From contig OZ251219.1 of assembly GCA_965240465.1 (NCBI GenBank), positions 704,001 through 768,000 of the forward strand: a stretch of DNA of 64,000 nucleotides. Reading direction: 5' to 3'. Source of the DNA: a bacterium (GTDB lineage: Bacteria > SAR324 > JACQKK01). Positions 58,576 through 64,000 of this stretch are shown piece by piece. The first letter of the stretch is position 1. Every line of letters starts with the position of its first letter. The position numbers were made by a program, and so were the translations under genes. The notes under the pieces were generated by a model. That model was not told the DNA's origin, ran no database searches, and saw nothing but the letters and a program-made list of their open reading frames with translations.

Positions 58576-58939
58576 TTTTCTTAATAGATTCTTTGATAGG
58601 GCTTGCTTTGATAGGGCTTGCTTTTTTAGAACGGCTCTGGCTCGCCTTGGTAGTTTTTTTAGCACTTCCCTTTGTTCTGCCCAAAACTCCGAACCGAGTC
58701 TGACTGCCCAATTTTTCTAATTCTTGTTGAACCTCTTGCTTGGTTTCTTCCAGTCCGACATCTTGTTCCAAGCGTTCTGCTTCTTGGTGCATGAGATCTC
58801 GTAACTCATTACCCGCCCGTTGTAGCTGAGCCAACATGCGACCCAGCCCTCTAGCTACCTGCGGTAGATGTCTGGGACCGATTACCACTATTGCTACCGC
58901 AGCTAGAAGTAGCAATTCTTGTATTCCTAATCCAAACAA
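58568..58939 (-). CDS. tatB: Twin-arginine translocase subunit TatB
   Basis: MFGLGIQELLLLAAVAIVVIGPRHLPQVARGLGR. Confidence 0.85.
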   Translation of the reverse strand: MFGLGIQELLLLAAVAIVVIGPRHLPQVARGLGRMLAQLQRAGNELRDLMHQEAERLEQDVGLEETKQEVQQELEKLGSQTRFGVLGRTKGSAKKTTKASQSRSKKASPIKASPIKESIKKND

Positions 58940-59067
58940 CAGCTATTTTCCCTTTAATTGACGATAGCAGGTCTAATGTATATTATGGTAGCATGAATGC
59001 AGATTCATCAGGAATGGATTTGTGATGCCTTAGCCATGCTTATAGGTTAACTGTAGGCGACGCCCCA

Positions 59068-59556
59068 GTGATAGTCATGACCCCCCCCCAGCAACCCCCA
59101 ACTCCCCCCAACCCCTCAGCCCCCGACCCTCAAACACCAGCTCTGCCAGTTTCTCAAAAAAAACCTACCACCCTTAAAAATCCTTCCTCGCAGTTAAATC
59201 AAGACCCCGAGGCACTAGCTTGCTTGGAAGTACTGTGGCAGGTAGCTCTAGAACTAAAGGCACTAAACGCGGTAGCATTTGATGTTCGCTCTCGTACTCC
59301 CTTGATGGACTATGTGCTACTGTGTAGTGGTCGTTCTTCGGCTCATGTGCGTGGCATCGGAGAAAAAATGCTTAGCTCCCTGAAAGAGGCTCGCCAGTCA
59401 TGCTGGGGAGTGGAAGGAAGGAATACGGGAAACTGGCTTTTGTTGGATTGTGGAGTGGTATTAGCTCATGTCTTTCGTCAGGAGACCCGTCAACAATACG
59501 ATTTAGACTCGCTTTTGGATCACAATCCCAAAATAAAAACTGCTGCTGAAGAATAA
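59068..59556 (+). CDS. rsfS: Ribosome silencing factor
   Basis: KA....DV, DYVLLCSGRS..HV, EG....WLLLD.G.V..HVF..ETR..YDL. Confidence 0.9.
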   Translation: MIVMTPPQQPPTPPNPSAPDPQTPALPVSQKKPTTLKNPSSQLNQDPEALACLEVLWQVALELKALNAVAFDVRSRTPLMDYVLLCSGRSSAHVRGIGEKMLSSLKEARQSCWGVEGRNTGNWLLLDCGVVLAHVFRQETRQQYDLDSLLDHNPKIKTAAEE

Positions 59557-59597
59557 GTACCGCAGAATAAGTACCGCAGAATAGGCGATGCCGAGGA

Positions 59598-60647
<1,050 letters not shown>

Positions 60648-60764
60648 TTACTAATCATCAAACATTTAACGAGGCACAATAACATACATTCATAGATTAC
60701 CCTAAAAGGCTTTCTTAGTATATTCCTTCATAAAGAAAAAACAACCTACTTGCAATCATCCACC

Positions 60765-61676
60765 TTAACGACAAATACCTCGCTCGGAAGAACGAACAAA
60801 ATTTATAAAGTGCTTAGCATGCGGATCATCCCCAAACTTTTTTCCTATCTGTAGCAGAGCTTCATCAGCTTTAAGATTCTTATTAAAAAACATTTTATAA
60901 ACTTCTTGCATAATTCTCACCTGCTGGTCAGAAAAACCCGCTCGCTCCAAACCCAGCCTATTCAATCCATACAAGCGAGCCCGATTGCCTACCACAAGCA
61001 CATAGGGGGCAACATCCTGAGTCAGGACGGTTGCAACTCCTGCCATCACTAACTTGCCAATCACGCAAAACTGATGCACCATCGTGAATCCCCCCGCATA
61101 GACACCATCCTCAATCCTGACATGTCCTGCTAGTGTTGTACCATTAGCCATGGTGATATCGTTGCCCAAGACGCAATTATGGGCTACGTGGCAGTATGCC
61201 ATTATCCAATTCCTATTCCCTATCTTAGTTCTACCACCATGCTCTGGACTACCCCGATTAAGGGTCACAAACTCTCTGAAAACATTGTCATCCCCGATCT
61301 CCAAAAAGGCTTCATCTTCACGGCAATGTTTCTTGTCTTGGGGCGGCTGACCAATACTAGCGTGCGAATAAACATGATTCCTCTTCCCCATAGTCGTGTT
61401 GCTTTCTATAATCACATGAGATTGCAACTCGGTGTTCTCCCCCAGTACCACCCCATGACCAATTACACAATAAGGACCGATCACTACCCCGTCCCCCAAC
61501 TGAACACTATCATCAACTATCGCAGTAGGGTGAACCTGTGCTGCTGAGGAAACTGCTGGAGTTAATTTTGCTGGAGTTAATTTTGCTGGAAGTGGTTTTA
61601 AATTAGCCAAAGAACATCCATAACGAAAAATATCATACGACTCATCCCAAAAAATCCCCACCATCAGTGGTAGCAC
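60765..61676 (-). CDS. lpxA: UDP-N-acetylglucosamine acyltransferase
   Basis: HPTAIV hexapeptide repeats, PPQDKK, FREFVTLNRG, HVAHNC, LAGHV, HQF. True start probably downstream of 61676. Confidence 0.95.
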   Translation of the reverse strand: MLPLMVGIFWDESYDIFRYGCSLANLKPLPAKLTPAKLTPAVSSAAQVHPTAIVDDSVQLGDGVVIGPYCVIGHGVVLGENTELQSHVIIESNTTMGKRNHVYSHASIGQPPQDKKHCREDEAFLEIGDDNVFREFVTLNRGSPEHGGRTKIGNRNWIMAYCHVAHNCVLGNDITMANGTTLAGHVRIEDGVYAGGFTMVHQFCVIGKLVMAGVATVLTQDVAPYVLVVGNRARLYGLNRLGLERAGFSDQQVRIMQEVYKMFFNKNLKADEALLQIGKKFGDDPHAKHFINFVRSSERGICR

Positions 61677-61699
61677 AATTTTCCACCAATGCCTAGCCC

Positions 61700-63385
61700 T
61701 TATGAGGATGCTTTTTCATTGCTATATTTGTGTGTTTCTTCACCCAACATATCTATTATTTTTACTGCTACACAGCCATAGGGTCTGGCGAGCTTTAAGG
61801 TGTAGCTTCCTTTAACAATATCATTCTTCTTAGCAGGAATATCGCTTTCGGTGATATTGAATGACTTGCCATCATAGTCAGCATCTAACATCACGCAGTC
61901 AATTTGTGAACGGAAATCTTTAATATCTTCCTGAAATATGGTGCGGTCCATATCCAAACGGCGTAGAATGGTAGGACTAAGATAATCCTCAATGGTGACC
62001 TTCATGGTGTTTTTCTCTGGCTGGAATTTTACATCAGCAATAGCCGGTGAAAATATTACCAATCCATCTTGCTGAATATCTTGTATCTCAAGCTTGTTAA
62101 TAGTAGCAATTCGGTTATGCTTCTCAGCCTCTAGGCTAACAGTAGGTTCACTGCCATAGCCAATCAATACAACATCCCGTTTTTCATCAGGACGGTTTTT
62201 CAGCTCTTGGTATATGTCTTGAACATCAATAGGAGAAAGCGGGCGGTTAAGCTCGGCGATCTTCACCAGTTTGCCTGATTGTGTGCCATCAAAGAATAAA
62301 TCGTTAGTTTTTTCTATCCCACATTTGTTAACCACTATATTGTGTAATTCGTGCTGTTTTTGGAAATCATAATTGTTCACCCGGTAATGAGAAAAGCCAC
62401 TAATTGCTTTGTGTAGGGACTTTTCTTTTTCTTGTAAGATCCCTTGCAAGCGTTTCATGGTAGTGTGAATGGCTCCCTTGTTCATGTCGGCAACAATCCA
62501 ACGGCGGCCTAGCTTTTCTGCTACCGCAGCAGTGGTGCCACTGCCACAAAAGCAGTCCAGCACAATGGAGTCTTCATTGCTAGAAGCCTTGATTATGCGT
62601 TCTAATAGGGCTTCTGGTTTCTGGGTGGGGTAGTCTGTACGTTCCTTAGCCATATTATTTATAGTCGGTATATCCCATATGTCCGTAGCTCCTTTCATCT
62701 GCCCCTTCATCATTATGGATGTGGCTGGGATTTTCGGCTTGTTAAATACGTAGGAATTCCCTTTGGAATAAAAAAATATAATGTCATGCTTCCTACTAAA
62801 ACACCTACAAGATGAGCCACCTAACCCGTAGTGCCAAATAATTTCATTTACAAAATTATCTGCCCCAAAGACCTCATCCATTAAAAATCTTAGGTGGTGG
62901 TTTTTATGCCAGTCGCAATGGAGGTAGATGCCTCCTTTTTCGCTTAGGAGTTCTCTTAGTAATATCAGCCGTTCAAACATGTATTGTAGATAGGTATCGT
63001 TGGCCCAGATGTCTTGGTACTGAATTTCTTCCATAGGTGAATAGCTTTCGCCTTCTAGAACTCGGTCTTGGTGTCCTTGCAGGGTGATTTTTCTTACATA
63101 GTTGGCACCAGAGTCAAAGGGAGGATCAATGTAAATGAGGTCTATCTTGTTCCTGAAACCGTTGATAAGGAGGGTAGCTAGGATTTCCTTGTTGTCGCCA
63201 TGGAAGAGCAAGTTGCCCCAGTTTTTCTGTAAGGTAGACCAATGAGGGGTTTTTGGTGGGTTGGGCAGGCGGTAAGTTTCACAAAGTTGAGCTGGATAAT
63301 CTTTTACTACATTGAGGGGGAGTTTACCTACCCAGTGTAGCAGTGGGCGGCCTTTCATGGGTTTTATCTTGATGGATTTACTCAT
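61700..63385 (-). CDS. Adenine-specific DNA methyltransferase, type III Mod-like
   Basis: DLIYIDPPF, YPTQKPEALLERII, LDCFCGSGTT. ATGA overlap with the upstream res-like gene. Confidence 0.9.
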   Translation of the reverse strand: MSKSIKIKPMKGRPLLHWVGKLPLNVVKDYPAQLCETYRLPNPPKTPHWSTLQKNWGNLLFHGDNKEILATLLINGFRNKIDLIYIDPPFDSGANYVRKITLQGHQDRVLEGESYSPMEEIQYQDIWANDTYLQYMFERLILLRELLSEKGGIYLHCDWHKNHHLRFLMDEVFGADNFVNEIIWHYGLGGSSCRCFSRKHDIIFFYSKGNSYVFNKPKIPATSIMMKGQMKGATDIWDIPTINNMAKERTDYPTQKPEALLERIIKASSNEDSIVLDCFCGSGTTAAVAEKLGRRWIVADMNKGAIHTTMKRLQGILQEKEKSLHKAISGFSHYRVNNYDFQKQHELHNIVVNKCGIEKTNDLFFDGTQSGKLVKIAELNRPLSPIDVQDIYQELKNRPDEKRDVVLIGYGSEPTVSLEAEKHNRIATINKLEIQDIQQDGLVIFSPAIADVKFQPEKNTMKVTIEDYLSPTILRRLDMDRTIFQEDIKDFRSQIDCVMLDADYDGKSFNITESDIPAKKNDIVKGSYTLKLARPYGCVAVKIIDMLGEETHKYSNEKASS

Positions 63386-64000
63386 GATTTTATCCAATCC
63401 TCTATGAGAGATTTATCCGCTGGGGGACAGTAGACAACATGGTATTTAAGTTTTTCGGGTTGAATTCCAGCCAATTTTTTAACTGCCATGCATTTGGCTT
63501 TAACGTCGGGGTGGTGTTCATCGCGTTCGGCTTTGATTTCCACAATAAAGCAATCGCCGTTTTTTTTGAATAAGACGAAGTCAGGAAAGTATTTATGATA
63601 TAGCTTATCTTTTCCTTCATATTCAAACCAGAGACCGGTTTTTTTTGGGTCTGTTATGCCTCCTGAGAAGAAGAAGCCAGTTACTTCGGTGGGTTTGGTA
63701 TTGAGCTGGTTGAGTAGGTTCTGAAAGAAGCTTTGTTCATCCTTGCTATCAAAATAGTAGGGGCTGTAGTGAAAGCTGAGATCATATTTATCGGAGTGGT
63801 TTTTCTTTGCAACTGAGATTGCTTTCATTTTTTTCAGTCTTTCAGTTGAGAATCGCAGGGTGTGGTAGAGGCATCCATCTTTTTCTTCAAATGGTGATTC
63901 TCCACCAGCATTATGGGTGTGGATTAGTGCCAACACTAGCTTAGTTTTTTCTTCTTTTATTTCGTATTCACCGATGGCTTCAGCAGCTTGCTCAGACAAG
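63382..64000 (-). CDS. C-terminus of a type III restriction (Res-like) subunit, 5' end outside the window
   Basis: FDSKDE, YFPDFVL...IVEIKA PD-(D/E)xK motif. Coupled to the methylase. Confidence 0.75.
   Translation of the reverse strand, partial: LSEQAAEAIGEYEIKEEKTKLVLALIHTHNAGGESPFEEKDGCLYHTLRFSTERLKKMKAISVAKKNHSDKYDLSFHYSPYYFDSKDEQSFFQNLLNQLNTKPTEVTGFFFSGGITDPKKTGLWFEYEGKDKLYHKYFPDFVLFKKNGDCFIVEIKAERDEHHPDVKAKCMAVKKLAGIQPEKLKYHVVYCPPADKSLIEDWIKS

Noticed and set aside
58576-58665. Long N-terminal extension of RpiA
   Set aside because: Overlaps tatB in another frame. ATG 58575 gives a normal-length RpiA.

Overview
Chromosomal window of a Gram-negative bacterium (lpxA, lpxB, tatB, mreB, rpoN, uvrB, clpX, infC). 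The gene style is tentatively deltaproteobacterial/SAR324-like, and a host-associated lifestyle is only inferred. Bases 1-11.9 kb are a tandem array of five mosaic surface proteins (LASC lipobox and Asp-rich Ca-binding motifs in the four complete genes, GLUG-type VGGLVG repeats in all) built from shuffled near-identical modules. Most are followed by the same ~110-150 bp palindromic terminator element. The next slot of this array (12.1-12.8 kb) holds no protein gene. It has a near-consensus sigma70 promoter and a ~590-nt highly base-paired RNA whose motifs I recognise as ROOL-like, again followed by the same element. This is the best candidate for an undescribed system. The rest is mostly housekeeping genes with scattered defence and methylation modules: an orphan TIR, a frameshifted GmrSD/DUF262 gene, a low-GC gene inserted between 47-bp direct repeats, a PmeII-type R-M pair, an MT-A70 methylase beside an IS1595 remnant, and a type III-like res-mod pair. 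There are also several truncated or catalytically altered genes, more than 25 unrelated short tandem duplications (in-frame inside genes, often copying stop-codon ends), a 600-bp polypurine tract, and sharp G/T versus C/A compositional patches that switch inside genes. No tRNA, rRNA, CRISPR array or intact integrase was seen. All family assignments are by eye; no searches were run.
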